Program-made: the position numbers and the translations under genes
The notes under the pieces: model-generated
Told to the model about the DNA's origin: nothing
Seen by the model: the letters and a program-made list of their open reading frames with translations, nothing else
The model's database searches: none
Shown: piece after piece, positions 8,155-16,368 of the stretch
Numbering within the stretch: position 1 is the stretch's first letter
Layout: each line of letters begins with the position of its first letter
IMG/VR virus record: IMGVR_UViG_3300009435_000042
Span: 1 to 27,264 of that record
DNA from: a virus
Lineage: Duplodnaviria > Caudoviricetes
DNA length: 27,264 nt
Reading direction: 5' to 3' (one strand)

Positions 8155-9480
8155 ATGAATATCAAATTAGCCGATGGAGCGAAGCTCAGCCTTCCTAGTG
8201 ATCCCCGTGCTCAAGCACGGTATATGGCTGACACCATTCGCAATCAAGGTTACACTCCTGATGGTCAAGGCCGTCTAGAGTGGAGTGCCTTCCATTCGGA
8301 CTTTCTAAATAACCGAGATGCGGTTGCCGCCAGTGAGATTCGTCCACTGTTGCAATCCACCCTACAGATTATCTTGCGTGAGCCACTAGAGCCCATCATG
8401 ATTATCACGGGCTTGTATACTCGTGTTCAACAACGTGGTCTTGACGTTAAGGTTCTTGCTGGTGCTATTGGCGCCGTGCATGCTGCTGATGTCCAAGAGC
8501 ATGGTACTTACCCCGAAGTTATGTTCCAGATCGGTGGTGGCGTGCAGACAGCTTACATTGGAAAGAGTGGTATCGCCGCTAGTTTCACTGACGAAGCTCT
8601 GCGCTACAGCACTTGGGACCTAATGTCCATTAACCTTCGCTTGATGAGCCAAGCTCTCGTGCGCCATAAGGAACAAAAGGCTGTTGCCTTCCTTAAGGAA
8701 CTAGGTACTGAGCTTTACAACAACGCCTCTCCTGCTACATCTCTCTTCGGAGTCTGTACTGGTCGTGGTCTTGATATGGCTGCTAATGGTTCTATGACCA
8801 TGGATGATCTCTTCCGTGGCATGGCACACATGTCTGAAGAGGGCTTCCCTCCTGACGTGATGCTTATGAATCCATTGTTCTTCTACATGTTTATCCAAGA
8901 TCCTGTCTTGCGGAACATGATGATGGCACATGGCGGTGGCGAGTACTTCCGGCAGCACACTGGCAATTCTGGTCCATTGGATCCTTGGAACAATGGTTCC
9001 ATGGGCGCTGCTGGTCCCACCATGGGCAACAAGATTGTTCCTGGCGCTGGCATTACTGGCTCTCCCGAGTCTGGTCGTACCGCTACTGGTATCTCTGGCC
9101 GTGAGCATGGCATGACATCGGCTCCTCCGATTCCGGCCCCATACTTCCCTTGGAGCTTCCGAGTTATCGTTAGCCCACTGGTTCCTTTCGATCCCGACAC
9201 TGGTCTCGGTGATATCTTCCTGCTTTCGAGCGGTAACGTTGGTTTCTACCTCGTTGATGAAGATCCCACCCAGGTTGACTGGCGTGACGAAGCTGTGGAA
9301 GTAGTCAAGGTCAAGATTCGTGAGCGTTACGGTTTCGCCGTTGCCCATGAAGGTCAAGGCGTTGGCGTTTACAAGAACGTGAAGCTTGCTCGCAACTACT
9401 GGGATGGTACGGTTACTGCACAGACTATGGATGTCGATGCAGAAATTAGCCCTTCGGCTGATCTTTCCGCTATCCTCTAA
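8155..9480 (+). CDS. Major capsid protein (HK97 fold)
   Basis: HK97-type signatures: AADVQEHGTYPE (E-loop), KSGIAASFTDEALRYSTWDLMSINLRLMSQALVRHKEQKA (P-domain/spine helix), PDVMLMNP, KIRERYGFAV. SD AGGAG (8145-8149). Followed by a strong terminator. Confidence 0.9.
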   Translation: MNIKLADGAKLSLPSDPRAQARYMADTIRNQGYTPDGQGRLEWSAFHSDFLNNRDAVAASEIRPLLQSTLQIILREPLEPIMIITGLYTRVQQRGLDVKVLAGAIGAVHAADVQEHGTYPEVMFQIGGGVQTAYIGKSGIAASFTDEALRYSTWDLMSINLRLMSQALVRHKEQKAVAFLKELGTELYNNASPATSLFGVCTGRGLDMAANGSMTMDDLFRGMAHMSEEGFPPDVMLMNPLFFYMFIQDPVLRNMMMAHGGGEYFRQHTGNSGPLDPWNNGSMGAAGPTMGNKIVPGAGITGSPESGRTATGISGREHGMTSAPPIPAPYFPWSFRVIVSPLVPFDPDTGLGDIFLLSSGNVGFYLVDEDPTQVDWRDEAVEVVKVKIRERYGFAVAHEGQGVGVYKNVKLARNYWDGTVTAQTMDVDAEISPSADLSAIL

Positions 9481-9507
9481 GGCACCTCGTGCTTAGTATC
9501 TAGCAAT

Positions 9508-9532
9508 GGCTGGCCTTCGGGCCAGCCTTTTT
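9508..9532 (+). terminator. Rho-independent terminator after the major capsid gene
   Basis: GGCTGGCC-TTCG-GGCCAGCC: perfect 8-bp stem with a C(UUCG)G tetraloop, followed by TTTTT. Confidence 0.92.
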
Positions 9533-9551
9533 AGTATCATAGGGAGACAGT

Positions 9552-9761
9552 ATGAGTTGGTTTAAACAAAAGCTTGGAATTTATGAGGTAGACGGCGTCC
9601 CACTGAGCGGGACAGAGGCGAACAATCCTTACATGAGTATCGTTACAGAAGAGTTTGTAAAGGTTCCCATTATTCCATATCCATCTAAGATGACAACCCC
9701 AGACCTAGAGGCAACTTCACATGGCAGCTCCAGCGAGTCTCCAGACCTATCCAGCGAATAA
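9552..9761 (+). CDS. Small hypothetical protein (69 aa)
   Basis: AGGGAG SD at 9541-9546 before ATG 9552. First ORF after the terminator. Overlaps the next gene by 41 nt. Confidence 0.6.
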   Translation: MSWFKQKLGIYEVDGVPLSGTEANNPYMSIVTEEFVKVPIIPYPSKMTTPDLEATSHGSSSESPDLSSE

Positions 9762-10854
9762 CGACACTGGAATCCCTATTGGTGAATCTATCGAGATTGT
9801 TTTCGATAGAGGCATCGATCTATTAACTGCAAAGAACCATGTCGTCCTATACGGTGACGACACTGATGTAACCTCTGGCCCAGATTCAGCTTTGTGGCTG
9901 GATGCCGATACAGGTAACAATCCGTTTTTCTTAAGAAGCCCTGGCTTCAAGGGGCTGGTAGAACTATCAGCTCGTTTAGTGTACGTTGACCTAGCGACTG
10001 GTCCGACATACAGCGAAATCAACCCTGGTGTTATTACTGGCGAAGCCGATGAGCTTGCCTATGGTGCCTCTGGTGCAGGACATAAATTAATCCTAACTCC
10101 TAGAGAACCCTTCGCTGCTGATGTCTTATATACGCTGCATGTACTAGGAGACCCAGACGCTGTTGGCGCTGGTGTTAGCTCGCGTACAATTTTTGATGTT
10201 GTGCCTGATGGTGGAAATGCTGGTAGTACAGGAACAATGTCTACTAACGATAGCTACACTGGCACAATGGCTGATACGGTAGTCGTTGAATTTACAACTG
10301 GTGGAAACGTTGGTACTGCGCTGTACCGATGGTATTACTCAAGTGCTGGTGTTGGCTCTGCCGTAACTGGCGTTATGACTAGCAGACGGTTTCGCCGTCT
10401 GACCGAAGGTCTACAAGTTAACTTTGCTGGAACTGCATTCGTCAGTGGTGATATCTACCGCTTCAATGTAGAGGTGGCTGAGAATATGGCTGCCAGCTTC
10501 CAGCTATCTTATACTACTAACGATGGCACGTACTCCACGGCGCCTGCTAGCCCAAGCACTCCAGCTGTGAGCAGCCCGCCTTCAACGGTTATACCACCTG
10601 CTCCAGGAGCTAGTGCTGCAACAAGGCTTTCAGTGATTGACATGACCCCTAATGATGGGTCATATTACAACAAGACTAATACCCGACAGATTGTAATCGA
10701 GTTCTCAGATGTGTTGGATACGGCTACCATTACAGACAGCACAGTGAATCTATTCCGGTATCCGGTGAGCGGACAGTACCAACTTCAGGCCGAAGTTGTT
10801 GAGCTTGAGAAGATACTTACAGTAAGCGGTAATACTCTTACTATTGATATATAG
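9721..10854 (+). CDS. Virion accessory protein with bacterial Ig-like (Big_5/SbsA-type) domains
   Basis: YPANNDTGIPIGESIEIVFDRGID...KLILTPREPFAADVLYTLHV and a second copy MTPNDGSYYNKTNTRQIVIEFSDVLDTATITDSTVNL, with a Pro/Ser/Ala linker before the second copy. Confidence 0.7.
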   Translation: MAAPASLQTYPANNDTGIPIGESIEIVFDRGIDLLTAKNHVVLYGDDTDVTSGPDSALWLDADTGNNPFFLRSPGFKGLVELSARLVYVDLATGPTYSEINPGVITGEADELAYGASGAGHKLILTPREPFAADVLYTLHVLGDPDAVGAGVSSRTIFDVVPDGGNAGSTGTMSTNDSYTGTMADTVVVEFTTGGNVGTALYRWYYSSAGVGSAVTGVMTSRRFRRLTEGLQVNFAGTAFVSGDIYRFNVEVAENMAASFQLSYTTNDGTYSTAPASPSTPAVSSPPSTVIPPAPGASAATRLSVIDMTPNDGSYYNKTNTRQIVIEFSDVLDTATITDSTVNLFRYPVSGQYQLQAEVVELEKILTVSGNTLTIDI

Positions 10855-10862
10855 GAACTATC

Positions 10863-11951
10863 ATGCCTTTTTATGATCGAACTTCGGTACTCTCTGGACA
10901 AGCTCTTGATTTGCGAGTCATCTTTAGAGATGACGCTAATTTTTTGGTAGATCCTGACGCATTGCCTGAGGTGTACATCTACGATGAGTCTATAGGTACA
11001 GACACCATTGACGCAGAGATTCTAGCTGCAGTCTTTACTAGCGCTCTGGCTGGCCCACTTGTGCCTACTAAAGTTAGCACAGGATTCTATACATACAACT
11101 ACACAGTGCCGAGTGGTGCTACTGCGGGCATCTGGCATGATGTGTGGATCTCTCAGGTAGATACAGTCGATAGTGATTCGCGTTTTGCCTTCACCGTGGA
11201 TACGGCAGCTAACCTATCCATCCAATCTCTGCAGGAGAACGAACTCATTCTGATCTGCCTTGATGGCATCATCGGGAACTTGGCTGCTACGCAGACCATG
11301 GGCGTAGATACACAGCTAAGCTTTAGCACGGTCTACAGCCCCCTCTACGCCTCTCCAGACCTTCTGCGTATGGAAGTTGGTACATTCATCGACTACATCC
11401 CAGACGACACTCTCGCGCTAATGATTCACTGGTCTAGCAAAGAGGCTGACTTCATTCGCCGACCTACCTTGTGCAACAGCAAAGACTATGAGTTTGCACG
11501 CACTAAGTTTGTAGTATTTGATGCTGCGCTCCGTGCACTTACTCTGCCTGGCGGCTCTTCTGGTTCCGGTGCTGGGAATAGCTCGAATGCTGCAAAGAAA
11601 ACGCTTGGCGACTTGAGCATTACTAGCGGGAACAGTGGCTCTACTCTAGCAGTGACCAGTGGTGGTGTTGACCTAGATACCATGGGGTACATCAGAGAAC
11701 AACGCAACGAGTGGTGGAGAGTAGTAAACTCAGGAGCATGTATTGTGCCTGGGCAAAGCTTTGATCCTGAAACTGCAATCAGAAGTAAGTTCGACCCCGA
11801 TAGACGAGCTAGTGGTCGACTCTGGATGAACCCAGAGTATGGAACTTATGCTCAGCCTGGCGCTAACGCTAAGATTAAGTTAGCTGGTAGACAGCGTGGA
11901 CGATATGGCTTTAGTGATTACCGTCGCAGTAACGCTCGCAGGAGATTCTAA
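10863..11951 (+). CDS. Putative head-tail adaptor/neck protein with an N-terminal Ig-like domain
   Basis: N-half is beta-sandwich-like (STGFYTYNYTVP...GIWHDVW). PLYASPDLLRMEVG...IPDDTLALMIHWSSKEAD and KKTLGDLSIT resemble head-completion adaptors. Position fits. Confidence 0.6.
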   Translation: MPFYDRTSVLSGQALDLRVIFRDDANFLVDPDALPEVYIYDESIGTDTIDAEILAAVFTSALAGPLVPTKVSTGFYTYNYTVPSGATAGIWHDVWISQVDTVDSDSRFAFTVDTAANLSIQSLQENELILICLDGIIGNLAATQTMGVDTQLSFSTVYSPLYASPDLLRMEVGTFIDYIPDDTLALMIHWSSKEADFIRRPTLCNSKDYEFARTKFVVFDAALRALTLPGGSSGSGAGNSSNAAKKTLGDLSITSGNSGSTLAVTSGGVDLDTMGYIREQRNEWWRVVNSGACIVPGQSFDPETAIRSKFDPDRRASGRLWMNPEYGTYAQPGANAKIKLAGRQRGRYGFSDYRRSNARRRF

Positions 11952-12556
11952 TGAGTGTGCGTCGAACTGGATTGTTTGGAAGTCCAACACAGAATAGAGA
12001 TTTATATCCAGCTACTGGTTTGACGTCTACTTCTTTTGGCGAAGTAGACCTGCGCGCCGAACTAGATGAATTATTTTATGGCTATGATAGCGGGATCCGA
12101 CATGGGCATCTAATGGTCATACGTCACATGAGGCGAGATAGCGCTGGTGAATCTATCGCTTGCTCTTGTCTTGACGATTTCACGAGAGAGGCTGACCCTG
12201 ACTGTTCTTATTGTGACGGTGAGCGGTATCTTTGGGACGAACAATGGTACTGGACTTACTCGATGTACTCTGGCTCAGACACAGGGTTTGCTAATCGGCT
12301 AACCTATATGCCTCCCGGCGGACTCCGTGTCGATTGGCGCATATTCTTTGTAAGATATGACACTGCTATTCGTTACGGTGACAAGGTTGTTGAAATGAAA
12401 CTTGATGATGAGGGGGAAGTGGTAGTACCATACGTAAGAGAAAGCATTTACGAGCCACAGACTATCCAAAAGTTTCGCTCTGACAATGGTCGCGTTGAAT
12501 ATATAGCTATACACTGTAGAGAGGATTCGGCCATCAGGTCCGATACACCAGAATAA
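11951..12556 (+). CDS. Putative head-closure/neck protein with a Cys cluster
   Basis: CSC-x10-CSYCDG putative Zn site, C-terminal RSDNGRVEY. Coupled by TAATG overlaps on both sides. Neck-gene position. Confidence 0.6.
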   Translation: MSVRRTGLFGSPTQNRDLYPATGLTSTSFGEVDLRAELDELFYGYDSGIRHGHLMVIRHMRRDSAGESIACSCLDDFTREADPDCSYCDGERYLWDEQWYWTYSMYSGSDTGFANRLTYMPPGGLRVDWRIFFVRYDTAIRYGDKVVEMKLDDEGEVVVPYVRESIYEPQTIQKFRSDNGRVEYIAIHCREDSAIRSDTPE

Positions 12557-13302
12557 TGAGTGAGATTTCCAACCTATCCGAGAAGGTCTCGTTAGACCTT
12601 CTTAAAGAAGCCACTGAGTATACGGTCTCTATTGTAGATCTTGTTAGTGGCAGGACTGCGCCTTCTTACCAGGCAGAAGTCGAGTTGGTTAATCCTTATA
12701 GCTTTGATCCAGCGCCATTTGTTCCCAAAGATCGCATCATGGATCTACCAGCGTTCTATGCGCTGGCTGCTGAAGTCATTGCGGATGCGCAGGAGAGAGA
12801 AGGCGTCATACCCGAGGAGCAAATTAAACTTGTTCAAGAGTATCAGCCGGAGCGCTTCTACAAGATGGGAGACGAAGTGATTGCCACCCGAGTCCTCAGG
12901 CGAACACCTGGAATGATGAACAAGAAGGCTGACAGCCGACCGAATCGTCGCTCTAGTTTTTCACATGAATTCCGCTCACCAGGCAGTCCGAACAAGATGA
13001 TAGTCATCGAGTCAAGACCTATTGATCATAAGATTGAGTTTTCTTGCTGGGCGAAAACGTCAGAGCTTGCAAATAAAAGGGCCTTGTGGCTTGAGAAACT
13101 ATTTGTCACACACGCCTGGGCTTTCAAAATCCAAGGTGTCGAGAGATTTTATTGGGAAGGCAGGAGTGCTGATACTCTATGGAAACACGGCGAGCAGAGG
13201 TTGCATCAAAGACCTTTGTCATTCTTCGTGAGACTTAGAGAGCATGAAGTACTTGCTTATCCCGTACTTAAACGAATTGATTACACAATTTCTACAACTT
13301 AA
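12556..13302 (+). CDS. Putative tail terminator/tail completion protein
   Basis: Immediately before the sheath gene. DHKIEFSCWAKTSELANKRALWLEKLF resembles the strand-helix pattern of tail-terminator folds. Confidence 0.55.
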   Translation: MSEISNLSEKVSLDLLKEATEYTVSIVDLVSGRTAPSYQAEVELVNPYSFDPAPFVPKDRIMDLPAFYALAAEVIADAQEREGVIPEEQIKLVQEYQPERFYKMGDEVIATRVLRRTPGMMNKKADSRPNRRSSFSHEFRSPGSPNKMIVIESRPIDHKIEFSCWAKTSELANKRALWLEKLFVTHAWAFKIQGVERFYWEGRSADTLWKHGEQRLHQRPLSFFVRLREHEVLAYPVLKRIDYTISTT

Positions 13303-13318
13303 TTCTTAGGAGGTTTCT

Positions 13319-15643
13319 ATGCCTTACGAAGACATTCCACACGTTAGTGCAAGATTAGATGATGGCTCTCTCCGAGAGTCTGTCAATACTAGTCAGCCCC
13401 GTGTCCTTGTACTCGGTTCCGCTACAAGCGGCTTGACTAATGAGCTTTTCTCTATCAGTAATGTGCGTGCCGCCGAGACAGAGTTCGGCGCAGCTTCTGC
13501 TGTCCTTCAGGGCATCCATGAAGTTATCCCACAAGGCGCTCAAAACTTAGCGCTTATGCGCGTTGGTGGCCGACAAGGCGCACTAACACTTACAGATTCT
13601 GCAGGTGGCACTTTGGTGCTCCGCCCAGAATTCAGAGACGATGCTATCCTTGCACGCTATGCTCTTGCCATGGAAGTGACCTTGGGTGTCCAACGCACCG
13701 GTGTGTTTGATCTCACCGATGAAACTTGGGTACACGATAGCAGCGAACTACTAGTTATCAATCAGGGTGTCATTGACATTACCGATACAGGTCTTGATCT
13801 GTTTACGACTGGTAGCTTTACTGATCCTACTACCATGACTGCTATGAGTGCATTGACTACGGTGGACTTCACCAATGTTGGTACACCCACTATGACGGCA
13901 GTTGCTGCTGTTGAGGGCACTGATGGTGTTGGTCGCACGCTTATTGAAAAGTATGCGGCTCTGAATACCGGTTATCATCTTCTGGACTTTGAAGATGCTG
14001 ATCTTATTACTGCTCGTGATGTCTATATTGATGACGACAACATCGCTGATGGCGATGCTTTGGCCCTTCACTTCGGACAACCTCTAACAGGAGAAGCCGA
14101 TTCTCTTGGTTACGTCTGGCAATACATCTACTACGGTAAGCTCTACACTTACTTCACTGATAGTGCTACGTACTTCACTGATGTCGGTACCAATGTTGCT
14201 TCTGTAGCTACACCTGCTGTTGCTACTACTCTAACGCTAACGGCTGTTCGCCCTGGAGATGCAGATGCCAAGTTCAGTGTGGAGGTTCTTATTAGTGGTG
14301 GAGTTACAAGTCCTGCCGAAGTTGCAACTGTCACGGAGACAGCTGGTGTAGTTGTCGTTACGGTTGATGTTGAGTCTGGAGTTACTACTTCTGCTCTCGC
14401 AGCAGCGGCAATCAATGCGCAGCTTGCTCTTACAACTCTATCGAATGGTCTCACTGCTAGTGACTTCTTGCTTGCTGCTGGAGATGCTACCGCGATCGCT
14501 GCTGTTGACGCAGCTGTTCTAAGTACTGGTGGTTCTGGTCCTTTTGCGGCGACGCATGTGGATCTAACTGGCGATCCCGTTCCTGCTGCCGTGACGACTC
14601 GCTTTGGTACAGCGGTTGATGCTGAGTTGCGTGAAGTTAACTTCGCCCATCAGCTTGCTACCTTCTGCCGCTTGGCTTCCACTAGTTGGAAAACCATGAT
14701 TGGTTCCATCGCGTTCAAAGAGCCTACTGCTCTTAGTCGTGAAGATGTCGCTGCTTGGGTTGGCGAACTGCCAACCTATGCATTCATTGGTGACGACCTT
14801 GCTATCGATGTCCCTGCCAGTAATGGTGTCGGGCTCCTTGGCAATAAGTTTATGGCTGGCGAAGCCAAAACCAGTGATGGCTACCGTGCTGCTCGCGTCA
14901 CTGCTGGCAACACAACCAATGGCTTGGCTTATGGCGGTCTCATTCAAACACAGGGAACTTCTCTGCCGAATGGTTCTGACTGGGCATATGGTATTGCTAG
15001 TAACGATGAGCTTCTAGATGTGAACAGTGCGCCTGTCGACCTTGGCAAGCACTTGCTGGTTACTTACGATTGGCCTGTGCATAGAAATGCTTACAACGGA
15101 GCGACTCCTTACAGAGGCACTCTAGCTGCTGCAGTTCTTGGTAAGGTTGCTGTGACGCCTATTAACGAAGAGCCCATTGGAGTCAATGGCCTTATGAATA
15201 AGCTCACGACACCGCCTCGTATCCATAGTACACAGCTGAACTCTCTTGCTTCGATTCGGACCATTGGTCTGCGCTTTGAGCAAGGAGTGGGTTACATCTT
15301 GGTTAGCGCTAAGACTGCTGCTCATCCAGATAGCGACTACTCTCGCATTAGCACAATCCGTGCTGTGAATAACGAGATTGAGGGCATCCGAGCCATTGCC
15401 AAGAAATTCATTGGCAAGTCGTTCAGTCCTACAAAGCTTGTTTCATTGCAAGCTCAAATTGATGGATTCCTTAATGCCGAACGCGGTCGGGGAAATCATC
15501 AGGGTGCGATTGCTAGCTTAAGCTATACACGTAGTGATAAGATTCTAGGCAAGCTTACTATTCGATTGCGCATGGTTCCACCATTCTCTATCGAACGCAT
15601 TGATATCATAACAAGTCTAGCCGCTGATGAAAGCGAATTATAA
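13319..15643 (+). CDS. Contractile tail sheath protein (774 aa)
   Basis: N-terminal RVLVLGSATSG...AETEFG. C-terminal sheath motif YSRISTIRAVNNEIEGIRAIAKKFIGK...GKLTIRLRMVPPFSIERIDIITSL. SD AGGAGGT at 13308-13314. Confidence 0.9.
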   Translation: MPYEDIPHVSARLDDGSLRESVNTSQPRVLVLGSATSGLTNELFSISNVRAAETEFGAASAVLQGIHEVIPQGAQNLALMRVGGRQGALTLTDSAGGTLVLRPEFRDDAILARYALAMEVTLGVQRTGVFDLTDETWVHDSSELLVINQGVIDITDTGLDLFTTGSFTDPTTMTAMSALTTVDFTNVGTPTMTAVAAVEGTDGVGRTLIEKYAALNTGYHLLDFEDADLITARDVYIDDDNIADGDALALHFGQPLTGEADSLGYVWQYIYYGKLYTYFTDSATYFTDVGTNVASVATPAVATTLTLTAVRPGDADAKFSVEVLISGGVTSPAEVATVTETAGVVVVTVDVESGVTTSALAAAAINAQLALTTLSNGLTASDFLLAAGDATAIAAVDAAVLSTGGSGPFAATHVDLTGDPVPAAVTTRFGTAVDAELREVNFAHQLATFCRLASTSWKTMIGSIAFKEPTALSREDVAAWVGELPTYAFIGDDLAIDVPASNGVGLLGNKFMAGEAKTSDGYRAARVTAGNTTNGLAYGGLIQTQGTSLPNGSDWAYGIASNDELLDVNSAPVDLGKHLLVTYDWPVHRNAYNGATPYRGTLAAAVLGKVAVTPINEEPIGVNGLMNKLTTPPRIHSTQLNSLASIRTIGLRFEQGVGYILVSAKTAAHPDSDYSRISTIRAVNNEIEGIRAIAKKFIGKSFSPTKLVSLQAQIDGFLNAERGRGNHQGAIASLSYTRSDKILGKLTIRLRMVPPFSIERIDIITSLAADESEL

Positions 15644-15657
15644 GAGAGGAGATCTAA

Positions 15658-16302
15658 ATGGCTACTACAACAGCACTTCAACTCAGTAGAGACTTTGCTA
15701 GTTTCGCTGGTACCGATATTCGTGTCGTAGTTGAAGGGGAAACTATCGGTTCTTCACAGGCCGTCTCTTACGCTATCCAGCGTGAGAAGGCGCCAATCTA
15801 TGTGATGGGCAGAGTAGATCCACTCTCCTTCTCCCGTGGCAAGCGTGGTATCGCTGGTACGATGATTACGCTCATGCTTGATCGACACATTCTGCTAACT
15901 GAACCTTTGGTTAATATGCAGTTTGTTGCCGACAACGATGAAATCTTTCCCACTAATGCAAATATTCAACAGACGTCAGCTGGTACAGCTGACTTGAATA
16001 ACATCCCCGGAGCAGTTGACTTCAACGCTGGAGATATTAGTGACAACTACACGGTTACCAATGCTTGGTACGTTGATCAAATTCCACCGTTCGATATGGT
16101 TATCGTTGCGGCTAATGAATATGGCAACGCAGCTAGCATGCGTATCTATGGTGTCGAAATTCTCAATGAGGGTTCTGGCTTCAGTGTTGATGATATCGTT
16201 ATCGAGAATCAAATGACATACGTCTGTAGAACTATCCTGCCTTGGCAACCCCTCGGTCAGTGGGACTTCACCTCCGGTGGCGGTGGTTTCGTTCAGGTCT
16301 AG
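15658..16302 (+). CDS. Major tail tube protein
   Basis: Directly after sheath, with SD GAGGAG. Motifs SFAGTDI, VSYAIQREKAPIYVMG, SRGKRGIAGTM, IYGVEILNEG. Followed by a terminator, as expected for a high-copy gene. Confidence 0.8.
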   Translation: MATTTALQLSRDFASFAGTDIRVVVEGETIGSSQAVSYAIQREKAPIYVMGRVDPLSFSRGKRGIAGTMITLMLDRHILLTEPLVNMQFVADNDEIFPTNANIQQTSAGTADLNNIPGAVDFNAGDISDNYTVTNAWYVDQIPPFDMVIVAANEYGNAASMRIYGVEILNEGSGFSVDDIVIENQMTYVCRTILPWQPLGQWDFTSGGGGFVQV

Positions 16303-16317
16303 TCTGATGCGGTGATA

Positions 16318-16326
16318 TGTTATACT
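16318..16326 (+). promoter_or_regulatory. Possible extended -10 promoter element (TGtTATACT)
   Basis: TG-n-TATACT in the only AT-rich intergenic gap here, just upstream of the hairpin. No convincing -35. Confidence 0.35.
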
Positions 16327-16328
16327 AT

Positions 16329-16358
16329 GGGGGAGCAGTAGCTCCCCCTATTTTATTT
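16329..16358 (+). terminator. Rho-independent terminator after the tail tube gene
   Basis: GGGGGAGC-AGTA-GCTCCCCC 8-bp stem followed by TATTTTATTT. Confidence 0.8.
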
Positions 16359-16368
16359 GAGGAACCAC

